Below the pieces are notes generated by a model. It was not told the DNA's origin. It did no database searches and saw only the letters and a list, made by a program, of their open reading frames with translations. DNA of 64,000 nt from Kudoa neothunni (taxonomy: Eukaryota; Animalia; Cnidaria): positions 8,829,487 to 8,893,486 of the forward strand of contig OZ199840.1 in assembly GCA_964304625.1 (NCBI GenBank), given 5' to 3'. Position numbers and translations under genes: made by a program. This document shows positions 1 through 12,959 of this stretch, piece after piece (within the stretch, counting starts at the first letter, position 1; every line of letters starts with the position of its first letter).

Positions 1-1487
1 GGAGGGGGTTGATTGGTCGACGTTGGTGTTGATTTTTGTTTTTTCCTACCAAAATTGTTTATCCAACAAAAACAACATTTCAACCAAACAACTTTCTTAT
101 CGACGACGAACCAGCAGATATTCTTTTTCTGCTAGTACCGGATGCGCTTGAGCGTGGGTTGAAATTATCACCATAATGTTTATCATCATTGTATCCTTCA
201 CGACCAGCTGTTGTTGATCCAGACGATTTCTGTGCAGAAGCTGAAGTACTAGCTTTGGTTGATTTCGAAATGGGTTTGTCTTTTTCTAATTTAACATTAT
301 TAACATTTTGTTAAATCAACGTGAATCAGGATATTTTTTTATTCCAACATACCTAGAGATTTATTTCGAATATATTCATCCGCCAAGAGTAGCAAATCGT
401 TTGTATCGAATCTAACTTTATCCATTTCTTTTTGTTTGGATTGGATTTTTTTAAGTTCATTCGTTAGAAAAGCTTCTTCGGCAATCTAAAAAATTTATTA
501 AATAAAATAATATTTTATATTATAATTAAATATTTTATATTATTATAATAATTAAGTAATTGAATATTTACAATAAAACAATAGTATTTTATGATTGGCC
601 AATTAAGAGATTAAAAAAACAAACGTAATACACATCAATCACACTTACTTCTTCCACAGTTCTATAGTAGTATTGTTGGAGTAGAAGTTTTCGTTGTGTT
701 TCGTGATGAATATCGTATGCTGGAGGAAGCTGGTCTTCTGGTTCCATTTTGATTTCCTAATCCGGATTAGTCACACCATTATCAAGGCTAATTGGCGCAA
801 TAGAATACTACCTTTCTAACAATTCTATCCACATAATAAAACCTGTGTTTTAATTCTTCGACATTTCTCAGCTATTTTTTAGTTGACTGGATAAATACAA
901 TAGTAAAAATGAGCCAATAAACTTTGTATTCCCCATTTTGAGCAATTGCTTCATTGTATCGATCTTGAACGACAAAAAATTTAAGCTCATATTTCCTAAC
1001 AAAAATATACATAATAATACAGTATTAGTTAATTAATTAATTAAATAATTATAATTAATTATGTGGTATACTTGCACATTTTCATTAGTAATTCAGTTTC
1101 GTAATAAGTCCAGTCATGAACGCCCAAGTTAAACTCCTATTATGAGATTATTTTACAATATTTAAATGATTTCAAATTGAAAAATTAATATAATTTACAT
1201 CGTACTGTTTTCTATCAAACTCCACTATTTCAACATGCTGAAATCATCCACATTACACAACAACGGTGAAAATTATGGATTACTTTATCAAGCTTTGAAA
1301 AGGGGTAATGATTCTCATTCAATCGATTTAATGGGATCCAGTGATTTAAATTCGGGGCCTTTTCAGGACATTGTTGATATATCGGAGCATGAACCCATTT
1401 TCGAGCAGTTTTATTTAAAAATGCAGGTTTTTTCAACAGCTCTCCGGTCGAGTCGTCTCTCGTTGATTCTTTGATATTTGTGAACAT
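1..1487 (-). CDS. DMAP1: DNA methyltransferase 1-associated protein 1 (SWC4/EAF2; NuA4/SWR1 SANT subunit); 3' end runs off the window
   Basis: Phase-consistent GT-AG exons 1487-1284, 1237-1199, 1136-1072, 995-923, 871-812, 756-649, 485-353, 285-93, 45-1. They give ...HWIPLNRLNENHYPFSKLDK/HVEIVEFDRKQYD/EFNLGVHDWTYYETELLMKMCKKYELKFFVVQDRY...RNVEELKHRFYY...YDIHHETQRKLLLQQYYYRTVEE/IAEEAFLTNELKKI, which matches DMAP1 motifs YPFARFNK, WTKxETDHL, RSVEDLKERYY and HERRRKEQL. Confidence 0.88.
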
Positions 1488-2782
1488 TATTCCAGGTATG
1501 AATACAACGTTTAAATTTCCTCGAATGCAAAAATGCAGGTACCTTTAATGTAATTGTATCTGCGTGCGCATTATTCACATATTTTTATTGTTTGGCAGGA
1601 GTGATTTTTAAAAAAATAAATACTATAATTTTAGTTGCCAACAAAGGCATGTTAATAAAATAAAGTTAATTATACAATAGGTGAAGGGTAATATGCATTT
1701 TTGGAACGCATGTGTATATTCAAAATTCAATTAATTTTTTATTATTATTATTAATTATTATTGTAATAATTTACTTTAGAGAAGATCTATTAATTTAACT
1801 GGTGTGTTACTCTCAATGTAGACGTAATACAAATCTTCATTTGAGTTCTAAGTGTACTTTTAGAAATAAATAGAACCATTTTTTGTTTTAAATCCTTCTA
1901 TACAATTGAGATATTTATTAATCGACATTTTGTAAATAGGATGTACTAATGTCTTTTGTACAACTGGAAAATTTAGTTATTTGTTCATCCTCTTTTTTCG
2001 ATATGTAATATTTTTTTAGGTGGGTGAAAATCGTCCTGCTCAGCCAAAAAGATTTCATTCTCTACTTTTAATATTTCCTGTATAGAAAATTGCAACAAAA
2101 TTGAATCATGATTTGTCTTAGTTAAATTTCAATATTGTGTCGAGTTTAAATTTTCAGAGTTATTTTTAGGGCTACATTCACCACCGATTATCGAATCACT
2201 ATAAAGGTTTAACCTACGCACATTAAACTGTTCCTTACAACCTTAAAACCAATCATAACTAACATCATGACGTTTTACATAATTTTCTACACAATTTTAT
2301 TACGTTTAAAAATAATTTCCTATGAGGAATAACTCTGAAATATTTGACCTTATTCAAGCAAGTAATCCGTTCGCAGATTTTTGGTCGGATTCATCGTTTG
2401 TTCAGTTGTTTAATATTTACAGTTCCATTTTCATATAATTATATAATATGTAATTTCGTGGATGGGTTATTATTTAAAATTAATATGAATATAACAACAA
2501 TTTTTTATATTAACTTCAAATATTTTATTATATTTTTTTATTATAAAAATCTAATTGTATCTGTGCGCAATTTTAAAGTTGATTTCAGGGAAAATGGTGT
2601 GTATTACCCAACAATGCGTTTAAATTACAATATTTTATTGATTTTTTATCTGGAAATTATTTTTCAAATGTAAAAACCAAATTAAGTTTATAAACGTCAA
2701 CCTAAGTAATGTGTTCAACAAGTAGTAAATTCTATATGAACAAGCAAAAGTACGTACTACCCCTCTCACTTCTGTGTTTGTG

Positions 2783-2794
2783 TGCGCATGCGTA
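2783..2794 (+). promoter_or_regulatory. NRF1/EWG-like motif TGCGCATGCGTA just upstream of the cryptic gene start
   Basis: Near-consensus YGCGCAYGCGCR ending 11 nt before ATG 2806, in the divergent DMAP1/orphan intergenic region. Confidence 0.45.
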
Positions 2795-2805
2795 CATAAG
2801 GGGTA

Positions 2806-3458
2806 ATGGAGAGTGGGGCTAACAATAACTCTGATAATTTAAAAAATTTATTCTCTACTGAATCCACTGTATTTTATGTATTCATTAATGGAATAAAATT
2901 GATTAGTTTCGTTTCATCCAAGAAAATGAGAAGGGTGTCGAAACAGAGGGGCCAAAACTACCACTCCAATTAAACCTCAATATTGAGGAACTTAATAAAC
3001 TGTTAGGGTTGAATTATGTCGATATTGAAATTAACTCGGATAAAAAGAATCATATGTTTCCATTAGTTGCATGTAGTAATGAAGAATGCAACATAGAACG
3101 AATAAAATATGGTTTAAAGGGTAGCATTTAAAGTTTACTCATAACTAATATATTTTTAATGTTATTGTGAATTTTTGTGGATCTTTGTGGATCTTTGTGA
3201 ATCTTTGTGAATCTTTTAGGGAGCCAAAACAACCTAAAAAAGATACTTGAGGGCAAAATTAGCGAATGCCAAGCGCCAGATGAAGAATATCTGGACAATT
3301 ATCAACAACAATTTTTCAAGGTAGTAAAAAAAGTTGTTGGTAATAGTTTTTAATGTGTTGGAATATAGGCGAAACAAGAGATATTAAAACAAGCGAGAAA
3401 GAATGTTAAAAAGATTGATAATGCCAAAAAACAACGCAAACGCAAACCCAACAAGTAG
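2806..3458 (+). CDS. Hypothetical 155-aa protein with a basic C-terminus (4 exons; missed by the ORF track)
   Basis: Exons 2806-2868, 2907-3120, 3220-3320 and 3369-3458 joined by three phase-consistent GT-AG introns give a stop-free frame MESGANNNSDNLKNLFSTEST/FRFIQ...AKKQRKRKPNK*. Confidence 0.7.
3171..3217 (+). repeat. 10-bp tandem repeat (ATCTTTGTGR)x~4.5 inside intron 2
   Basis: atttttgtgg atctttgtgg atctttgtga atctttgtga atctttt read directly. Confidence 0.9.
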
Positions 3459-4657
3459 AAAATAGGTCTAGACACTTTATTTGTGAATATTAAAAATGTA
3501 TCATATTAGTAGAGCATTTTATTTTTATTATATTGACTTTTTTTCTTTTTTGCAATAATTGACTAAATGAATTTCTGCTCAGATTTTACGTCTTTGATTC
3601 GTTCTTGAAATATTACAATTTTCTATAAAATCTCCGCGAGATAAAATTAAATCAACCTGTCACGTGATTTTATTACATGCAGATTTTATTTTTGCAATAT
3701 TTAGATGCGCTCGCGAAAATAAAATTGAATCCCACTCTTTAATGAGATTTTTTGAAAAAATCAATAATCAACAAATATTATAAAATTTTTTATACTTTAC
3801 ATAATATATTAATCATCGCCCACTTTGAATATTCTTTGTATTATTTTCATGTAATTCACATATTATTATTATTATTTAGTCTAATTAACCGCTCTGTAAG
3901 CTGTAAGCTAAAAGTTATATGCATTTCATTGGTTCCACTTTTAATGAGTTGGTATACCTTATATTTATGACGCTTATTAGAGAGAAAGTGCAGACTAATG
4001 CGGTATAATAGTTAAGTTAATAATTAATTCAGATAAAATATTAAATACATCCAAAAGAAGTCAATAACTAATACTGGAAGTGCTGTAGAGGGGCATCACT
4101 AGGGAGAAAACCTGCTGCGTCCACGAATGTGAGACGAATTCAAAGAATTATACACTTCATAATTCGGCGTAATAATAAAAACATGAATATATCGTACGTC
4201 TTTTAATTTTACATTTTATCAATTCCTAATATAACCTAATTTTTCAATACAGCCTTAGTTTTTTATGTAAATGAAAAAAAATACCAAGAACCCAAGTTTG
4301 GTAGATTAAACCCAAGCTTTGTACACCACGGATACTAACAGACCGACGGAAGGTTTTATATACATAGATACAATGAACTCACAATACTGTGTAACTTAAT
4401 AATTGATTTTAACCCCTTTAATCTTCAAAATGCTTTACAATAAAAACCGAAAATTATTCATTTGTTTTCAAAGAAATACTAAAGATGAAATAAAAATAAA
4501 CAAATATTTTAGTGTAATCAATATTCACATCTAATAGTCAAAAAAATAGGAAACCACACATAATCAATGAATATTTTTTATAAAATAATTATTTGTATTG
4601 TTTGCTCCTGTACATGTCTCGGTATTGCGTAATTTCTTGCTAATGCGGTTTTTCTTT

Positions 4658-4695
4658 TGGTCCCAGAAATTACGAAATATCGAGAGTTTACTGTA
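4658..4695 (-). mobile_element. Orphan Tigger/pogo-like terminal repeat (family with copies at ~5414, ~10425, ~40451)
   Basis: The reverse complement TA|CAGTAAACTCTCGATATTTCGTAATTTCTGGGACCAA resembles TA|CATTCGAACCTGGATATAGCGAGG..GGGACCGA (5414), TA|CAGTCGAGCCTCGATTATC (10425) and TA|CAGTAGATAATCGATTTTC..GAGACCAG (40451). TA-CAGT ends are typical of Tc1/pogo elements. Confidence 0.5.
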
Positions 4696-6489
4696 AATAG
4701 ATTTTGGTTGAATTTAAATAAGATCAACAATACTTTTGAGAAATTAAATTATATTTTTTTCGCTAGGTTGTTTAAAACGAAACGTATTATATTTTCTTTA
4801 AATGAGAATCATTTCAAGTCCAAAAATTCTGTAAACAACAAATATTTGATATATACTTAAAACTATAGCTAATTTTATAATTAAGAAATTTTAAGATCTA
4901 TTTTAGGCTAAAGTTTAATACATTTAAATCGACTTTTAAATTTATTTAGATGTTATTAATATCAAGATTTAATTAAATTTTTAATTTTAAATCTAATTAA
5001 ATGTAATCATAATTCAATCGAGAAATTATATCAAATATTTTAGTGAAACTATGATACAATATAATCACAAACATTGATTTAATCTCCTATTATATAATTA
5101 GGATTATATTTGAAAATAAAGTAAATCAAATATAAATGTTAACATTTATTTGGGGAGCCCTGATTCTGATGGAAATGATTTGAGTCCCTTAATATAAGCT
5201 ACCGATTTTAATCCCTCAAATCTGCTTTATCTGAACCTTAAAAAATTTCAAACACACAATTTTAATTCATACATATATTTGAAATAGTTCGATTCGATGT
5301 AAAAATACAGTCAAATTATTTTTCCCTTGCGCATTGTAATATTTTATCTTTAAAATCTAACGAAACCGGTTAATCCGAATTTAGGAAATATTTTGATTAT
5401 ACAATAAGTTTAATACATTCGAACCTGGATATAGCGAGGTTTTATGGGACCGACAAAAAACCTCACAATACCCCCCACTTGGGCGGGCGTTATGAAAGAA
5501 AGTTACGTTTTATTCGTTCATTTGTTTACTAATAATAAAATTAAACTTTATGATTTGACTTTAACAAATAACGCTTCAATATTGTGATATATATACGCGA
5601 ACAATTTGTCTAAACGAAATCATTGACAACCAATCCAAATCGACTATAACCATTAACACTTCTTGTAGTAAACCAGAAATATCAATATTTCTATTTCAAA
5701 ATTGAATTTGATCTATGAACGTAAAGATATACTTTAAAAATCAAATATGATCTACTCGCTTTTAAGACAATTTTTTCTGTTCATTTTTTATAATTTCTAA
5801 AGGGATGGTACAAATTTTAAAAATGTTTTCAAATGGTGGTTAAAAACTCGAAAAAAAATTAATTTCTATTTACAAGGATTAATTGTACGCAAAATACATT
5901 AATGCTCACTTTTATAGATGGTTTTAATAAAAAGCCATATCATTTTACATTGGTGTTAACCATTTCCATCAAAAATAACGTACTCTCTCGAAATTTATTC
6001 TTCAAAGTATTAATTCAGGTGGACAAATGTGTGTATTAGATCAACTGCGTAATTAAACTACACAAAAATGATAAATTAACTATGAAACAAATAAATTTAT
6101 GATGAGAAATATATATTAATTTTTATCATTTTTAAAATTATTTGTAATGTATGTTTGAGTAAAACGTTTTTTTGCCAAATGTAAGCTTCAGTCCGTTATT
6201 GGATATAAATAAAATAAACCAGCTGGATCGCTTTGCATAAATCCTGTTCTCCGCACATTAAGTTTAATCTTGATGTCATTAATAGCCACTGCTATAGTTA
6301 CTTCTTCCTCCTCTTCATTTCTAAATACACTTTTTTAGGCAACGCTAAACATACCTCTCAATCACATATTGAAGTGTTGTGTTCGTACGCAATTTTTAAA
6401 AATTAATTTTAGTTTAATTCAAATTTAAATTGATATTTCAATACAAAATAGATCATTTGTTACCAAATAATTGGTTTTCAACAAAATAA

Positions 6490-7087
6490 TAGTGTTGAAA
6501 ACTTACTGTATGGATCGAACGCAGCGCTTAATCTGAACTTGGCAGAAAATAATGGATGGAGCGTCAATTTTAGCGAAACAAAAACACTTTACACTACCTA
6601 AAAACTCGAAATTATAAGGTTTTATGAGTTTATATCATATAATAAAGATGCTAAGTTCCAAGCGATGGAAAATTTCTCAATAAAATAGCACGATAATAAA
6701 AGGTCTACATGACCAGCTCCATTTTTGTCTTTTCTTGAAAAATAGAATAAACAACTCACTATTTTTAAGAGGAAAATTTTTTTTATTGTTTCTCGGATAT
6801 TGCTTAGCCCACAACAAAAATATTTGTCTAATGTAAGACTGCTACTTTTCTTCGAACACAACCACTGTGCTAAAGCTACAGCTACAGCTACAGTTACAGT
6901 TACAATTACAGCCATTGGATCATGGAATTGTTAAAGTTTTAAAATGATGCACAAAAGAAATCTAATGACGTTATTCATTCGATAATAAAATTATGGGAAT
7001 ACATTCAAACGGAAACCATAGTTAACTGCTTTAGGAAATCATTTTCTTCCCTGAAAATCCACTAAATTATGATTGCTAAGGTGTTCT

Positions 7088-7121
<34 letters not shown>

Positions 7122-7260
7122 CAATTTAAACATGATCTAAATGAGCTGATTGAAGAGGAGAAACCATTAGACTTAACAAATATTATTGATGAAACTCTTG
7201 AATACAACATAGTCGACACCTCTGAAATTTGGATAACACCAGATTTTCCCGATTTCGACT
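6490..7260 (+). pseudogene. Decayed pogo/Tigger-family (DDE_1) transposase
   Basis: Frameshifted remnants LSNVRLLLF..NTTTVL..QPLDHGIVKVLK and W..IQTETIVNCFRKS match pogo/Tigger motifs (PPNTTSxLQPLDxGII; TIxNCFRK). Confidence 0.7.
7089..7121 (+). repeat. (GAT)n microsatellite
   Basis: About 11 GAT/TGA units read directly. Confidence 0.95.
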
Positions 7261-9048
7261 CTGATTATATTGAAAAAGTTATTATATCAAACCATGAGTA
7301 ACTATATTAATGGGAAAAAGTTAAAGAACCCTTTCTAACTAAAATTTTGTCAATGCTTAACAATATAAACCCAACTTAAAATGGCTGACTCTGACTCAAT
7401 ATTTGAACAATTTTTGCAGAACAAAAAATATAGAACGGTATTTTATTAATGAAAGGTATACAAGTTAATTTTTTCTTCCCATTAAATTATTATTGATTAT
7501 ATTACCGATTGAAAACTGCTATTTTTCCCGATCGCATGTGCTATTCGAATGTGTCTAGCGCGAAAATGGATGCAACGCAGTGGTTTTTATCTTCCCAATT
7601 TCTGCGTTGTATCCATACACTACTGTATATATCTGAATGGATATTTGAAACAAAATAGAAAAACCACGTATTAGGATATAATAGTCGATTGCATTTCAAA
7701 AATTTAAGAATTTTAATATTACAAACGCTGTTTTTGTTACATAATAAAGATTACATTTTATCGTGTAATACTGGATACGAGTCAAGCTGAGTGGGTGGTG
7801 GAACTGTACTTTGACCCTTAAACAATCTCTATTTTGGAAGTGAACTTAAATATTGTGAGGCGTCCTGAAAATTTTTATATTAATTTTCGAGCTTACAAGT
7901 TTTCAATGAATAAATCGAATCTATATTTAGTTGGGAAATAATAAATTTAAATTCATTCAACGAACAAATACGCGATTACAGGAATCATTTTTTCTACCAT
8001 AATCTAGCCGAACTGTTCCCTATCCCATGAGAAATTTTAAGACAAATTCCCCAAAGGCCTGTCATCATATAATATACACACACGATGAAACTAATAAAAT
8101 GTCATTTGGCATTGCGGAAATTTTATTAAAATCAACTTTACCGGTGTATATCACCAGAATAAGTCCAATAACAAGTTAATAACCTACTATAGGATTAAAA
8201 CTGTGCTAAGCTGGTGGCGGATTAAATTAAAATCGTTTACTTGAACTGCTGAATAATTTTGCTATCGATTTACGCGGGGAATTAATATTTGCAACAGATT
8301 TTTGTCTATTATGAATAGAGGAGTTCTTCTACTATTGGTTTTCAACCAAAACAACAATAATCTACTTAAAAATAACGCCTAGGACTCTCATTATATAATA
8401 GAGTTGGATTCTAATCTTTCATCGAATAAACTCACACCACATTAGTTGAAGCTTTTCCACATAATAAATAGTCAATCTCAAAGGAGATCTAGAATTAGAC
8501 CAGAGAAAATGTGTCCAGGCTAGGCTTGCTATAACAATAGAAAAATATAGTCGCACAAGTGCGCTACTTGCCGGCAATTTTTTTCTTTAAAAACAAACGG
8601 TGAAATATCAAATATTTAAACAAATTGACACTGAGCGGTGAATATATGACTTCTGGACAGTATTCAAAGTTCATTAACTGTCACTAAAGTTTAATTTTTC
8701 GATCCTAATAATATTTGTGTAATGGTCGGATTAATTGAGTAAACTATGTTGATCCTGAAATAGTGACATTTAATCAATTAATGTTACTTCAAATTTATCA
8801 ACTATTTTTCGCTGTAATTAATAGTCAATTATGCAATGAAAAATACTCCCTAACATAATGATTCCCATATCGAAGGGATTAGACTGAGAATGAGTCACAT
8901 AAAAAGTATAATCTTTTGCAGTATAACCAGGTGACGGTAGGTGTCATACATATATTGTTAAATTGCGCTGAAAATTGGATTTTAATTTTACAGTATATTT
9001 ACTGGTACAAATATCTACAAAGAATCGGCTGGTCGTGTATTTTTAAGA

Positions 9049-9952
9049 ATGGAGAACGTCACTACTACTGCTGCTGCTGTTGCTACTACTACTACTACTG
9101 CTGCATATCCCGTAGCAGCACCTTTCCAATATTGGTGGTTGTTAACTACCGCTGCTTACAATTGTTCCTCGCCATTTGTAATTCAGTCTCAAATTAAAGA
9201 TCCGTATTTCGCCCTAGAAATTATATACGGATTGTTGGCTCTAGTTATTATTTTTATTGGTAAGCGCACAAATGACATAAATCAGTTGATTTTTGTAACC
9301 ACACTTTATTTGTGTAGGAGTTCGTTTCTATTTGGTCAGCTCAAGTTTGTTGCATGCAATGGTAGTATCGATAGTGATTTCGACATGTGTGTATTATCAT
9401 TTGAATTCGTTAAAATGGATCTATCAAATATTGATTGTGGTGGCATGCACCCTGGTAATTATCACATTGGTTTCTCTGGCGAGGATTGTGTCCCGAATTT
9501 TTATATCGTTCTATTTTGGATCAATAATTGGAATAATGGTTGTGGTGTTGATAAGATATTTTGTTATATTCTCACGAGTAAATTTGTCGCTTCTGTTCTC
9601 CACATGTAATAAGTAATAACTCGCTTTTTAGTTGTTCATAGCACCTATTATTATCGAAACATGTGCACTAATTATTACCATACCTCTTTCAATGGTGCAA
9701 GAGTGTATGTTTGGATTACCAATGGCTGGGATGGCTTCCACATTGTTTGTTGTTATGCTGGATTATATTTTTGGCCAACGCGCTATAACACGTATTGTGT
9801 TGATCACCTTGACTTCGCTGGAACCTATTACCGTAGTTCCATGCTGGCAACATTGGGCATTGGCTTCAATCTGGGTCGTGTTGACTATTGTCGGCACATT
9901 CGTACAGTATTTGCTGACGGTTCGTAATATGAAGCTTGACTTCAATGAGTGA
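9049..9952 (+). CDS. TMEM198: TMEM198-like (DUF4203) multi-pass membrane protein, 3 exons
   Basis: Exons 9049-9259, 9318-9605, 9642-9952 (phase-1 GT-AG introns). There are about 7 hydrophobic segments. The C-terminal ..LDYIF..PCWQHWALASIWVVLTIVGTFVQYLLT resembles TMEM198 ADYF...[27 protein letters not shown]. Confidence 0.75.
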
Positions 9953-12900
9953 TCTATCGCTCTCCGATTGAATATTGTAAACACCCCACACAAACACGTG
10001 TATAACCATTTCTACAGAGCTTTATGTCTGCATTGATATTTTTGCGATTGATGTGAGTTTTATAGCTGGCGTTTTTATCGTTTGTTTCCACTGAGAAATC
10101 TATTAATTTAACTCTTTTCAATGAGATTATATGTTCTTGCTCTCTCAGATACATTAATTCGTCTCAGCATATAAAAACATGTTTTACAATGGGTGTCTGT
10201 CTGGTAGTACTTGCATCATCTCTAATCTCTTAGCTGCTTGAGGCAGTGTTTTCCAAGCTTTTTTTGTCTCACCCACTTTTTGATAAGAAAAATCGGGGTG
10301 CTCTACCACATTAAAATACTAATAGTAATAATCAATAATAAAACAATAATAATGGGGAGTATGTATTTTTAACGTTTTTTGAAATATAATTCAAATTAGT
10401 TATTTTTGGCGAGTACACTTAAAATACAGTCGAGCCTCGATTATCATCCGTGAGATATTTTAGATTTTATTCGTGTTTTATTGAAATTACGTGTCGATAT
10501 AGATATATGTTCGTTTATCCGTAACAACTATCTAATCATAATTCCAGATTATATACGACATTGGCAATGTAGCATATATACCAATGCAATATGGTAAACA
10601 AAAATATTTCTGGATTCATTACTTATACATTTTTCTTTTAAAAATTCAGTTAAGTTTTAAAGTTCTTATATAAATTTGTGCTATATCTGAATATATGTCT
10701 GTATGTATTTGAAATAACCATTAATTATCGATCGTTTAAAAAAGTAGATTACTCTTCTGTAGAGGTGTTTTTTCTATTAATTATCACTGTTTTTCCTTTT
10801 AAGTCTCAATATTCTCAGATAATAGATATGTCAACATTTTAAATTCAAATTATAGAAGTTAAAATATTTTATTTAATAAAGAATAAGAATCTGTTATAAA
10901 TATAATCTACAATATTTTGAGTATAAATTTCAAATATGCGAGCGCGTTATTGTTTTGGTTCAACTATATTGAAAAGACACTGGCTATTGACACGGAAGTT
11001 TTTAATCCGATGTGGTAAGTACGCGTGCGCGTGTTTATTTTTTAATCCCGTTAACGCCTATTTATAGTTTATCTACAGAATTAATTTTTTTAGAATCTGT
11101 TGTATTTACCTAGATATTATGATCCGTGTCATTGGGCACTTCCTATTAAAAACGGTAGTGGCTATATCTCAGGGAATGAATATCTCTAAAACTATTGCAT
11201 ATATTTTGCTCGTATTATCTAATATTTACTTAACTTAATTTTTCGTGTTTTAGAAAAATTTGAAGGAGGTTAAATTTTCAGTAGTACAACCATCCCGAGT
11301 TCATCAATATTCAAATGTAATTATCTTATATCTTTAAACATTTTATAATTTAATAGATATAAAGTAATATAAAAGTTTGCATTATTTTGTATTTCTACAA
11401 GAAATGGAATATATGATGACTTGATCATGTGGGTTAGAAATCATAAAATATAAATTATCACATGTAGAAATAAATTTAACATGAAATATTGAATTTTTCG
11501 GTTTATGGATGTAATAAATTATTTGCATACATCTTTATATCCACAACTGTTGATAAATGACTCCTCCTGGCCTTACAACTGACTCTATTATCGATGGAAT
11601 TTTGAGGTTGAAAAATTCAACAATAGTAATATTTTAATGTTAACTTTTAATGAAGGTTGTTTTATGCTATTTTCAGCTTTGTCGTTATTATTTAATTGTT
11701 CCTTATGGGGTTTTAATTCATTTTTTCGCGTCAAGTTTTGTCTTTTGGGTAGGTGAAATCCCTATTTAATCACCTGAAGGCACTCAATTCTCACTATCAG
11801 AAATTAAATCGTACAATATTTCCTTTTCTTTACTGCCACACATATCTTCAACCATATTAAATTGTAAATATTATATTCGCCAACAAATAATCAAATTTAT
11901 TGAGGAAACGAACAATAAAAACGTCATCATGATTCTGAGTTATTTTTCCCAATAGACCTTATAGACTTATTAAAGAGTTCCCCAAAGAATTCAGAAGTTT
12001 TATTAGCCAATATCGACGGAAAATTTGTTTGTCATTTTAACGTCTGTTCGAATGTTTTTATTTAAAATTGTTTTTCCTGCCTATAATTATTAATTATTGG
12101 AGCACTTTACTTATTGTTTCCTATTGTAGGATCTACATTAAAAAATTTCCCTAAAAAGATGACTTATTCCACCGATGAATACACAATTTTTTAGGGAAGA
12201 ATAGTAACTTTTGTGATATTCTAAATTTTAATTATTCATATTTTATTATGGCTACATTAAGGTCTTTAAAGGACATAAACTGCATTCTATACATAAACAT
12301 GCTAAAACTCATATTTTATTATTTAAACCCGAAAGAATACAATGGAAGATGAAATAACTTCTAGGAAAAAAATTTGTTATAAAGACTAGTTTAAAATGGG
12401 GAATACTGATTTTTTATTGAAATATTTAAAATTATATGATAATTAAACTTGAATATTGATGGACTTGGGATGGTTGCATTACTGAAAATTTATTCTTCTT
12501 CAAATTTTTCCAAAACTTACAAAAAATTAAGTAATCATCAAGTAGTATGTAAAATATGAATAAAATATATGCAGTAAATATAGAGATATAGCCATTTCCT
12601 TAAAAAAACTAATAAAGTTGAATAATATATTATTTTTGACAAACATCAGTATAATAATTATTTTCATCCAAGATTTAATGAGGTTTTCTTTATTTCTTTA
12701 TATTACTGTTAGATCATTTTATAATATGTAAATAGATTTTTTTCTAAATATTAAACGTGATTTTTAATAAACTTAAACAATGTGTATTTATCGTCATAAA
12801 TTCCAAAATGCGCATAAATGAAAGGTATCACAATCACCATAAAAAATCAATAAGTTGTGCTATCACGAACTGTCTGGCGAAACTAAAATATTTCATTGAA

Positions 12901-12959
12901 TAATATCCAAACAAAAATTAACATGTACTTTTGCGATGAGATATCTGTCCTTGACGTTG

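Noticed and set aside
1235-1474. Plus-strand 79-aa ORF
   Set aside because: Antisense shadow of DMAP1 exon 1.
2344-4860. AT-rich F/I/L/Y/N/K-rich ORFs (also 32179, 49339, 51961, 52383, 59027)
   Set aside because: Composition expected of random AT-rich DNA; TTG starts in several; no splice or homology support.
7750-8560. Possible additional transposase or retroelement relics (also 5640-6330 and 19300-19800)
   Set aside because: Too degraded to recover a diagnostic motif by eye.
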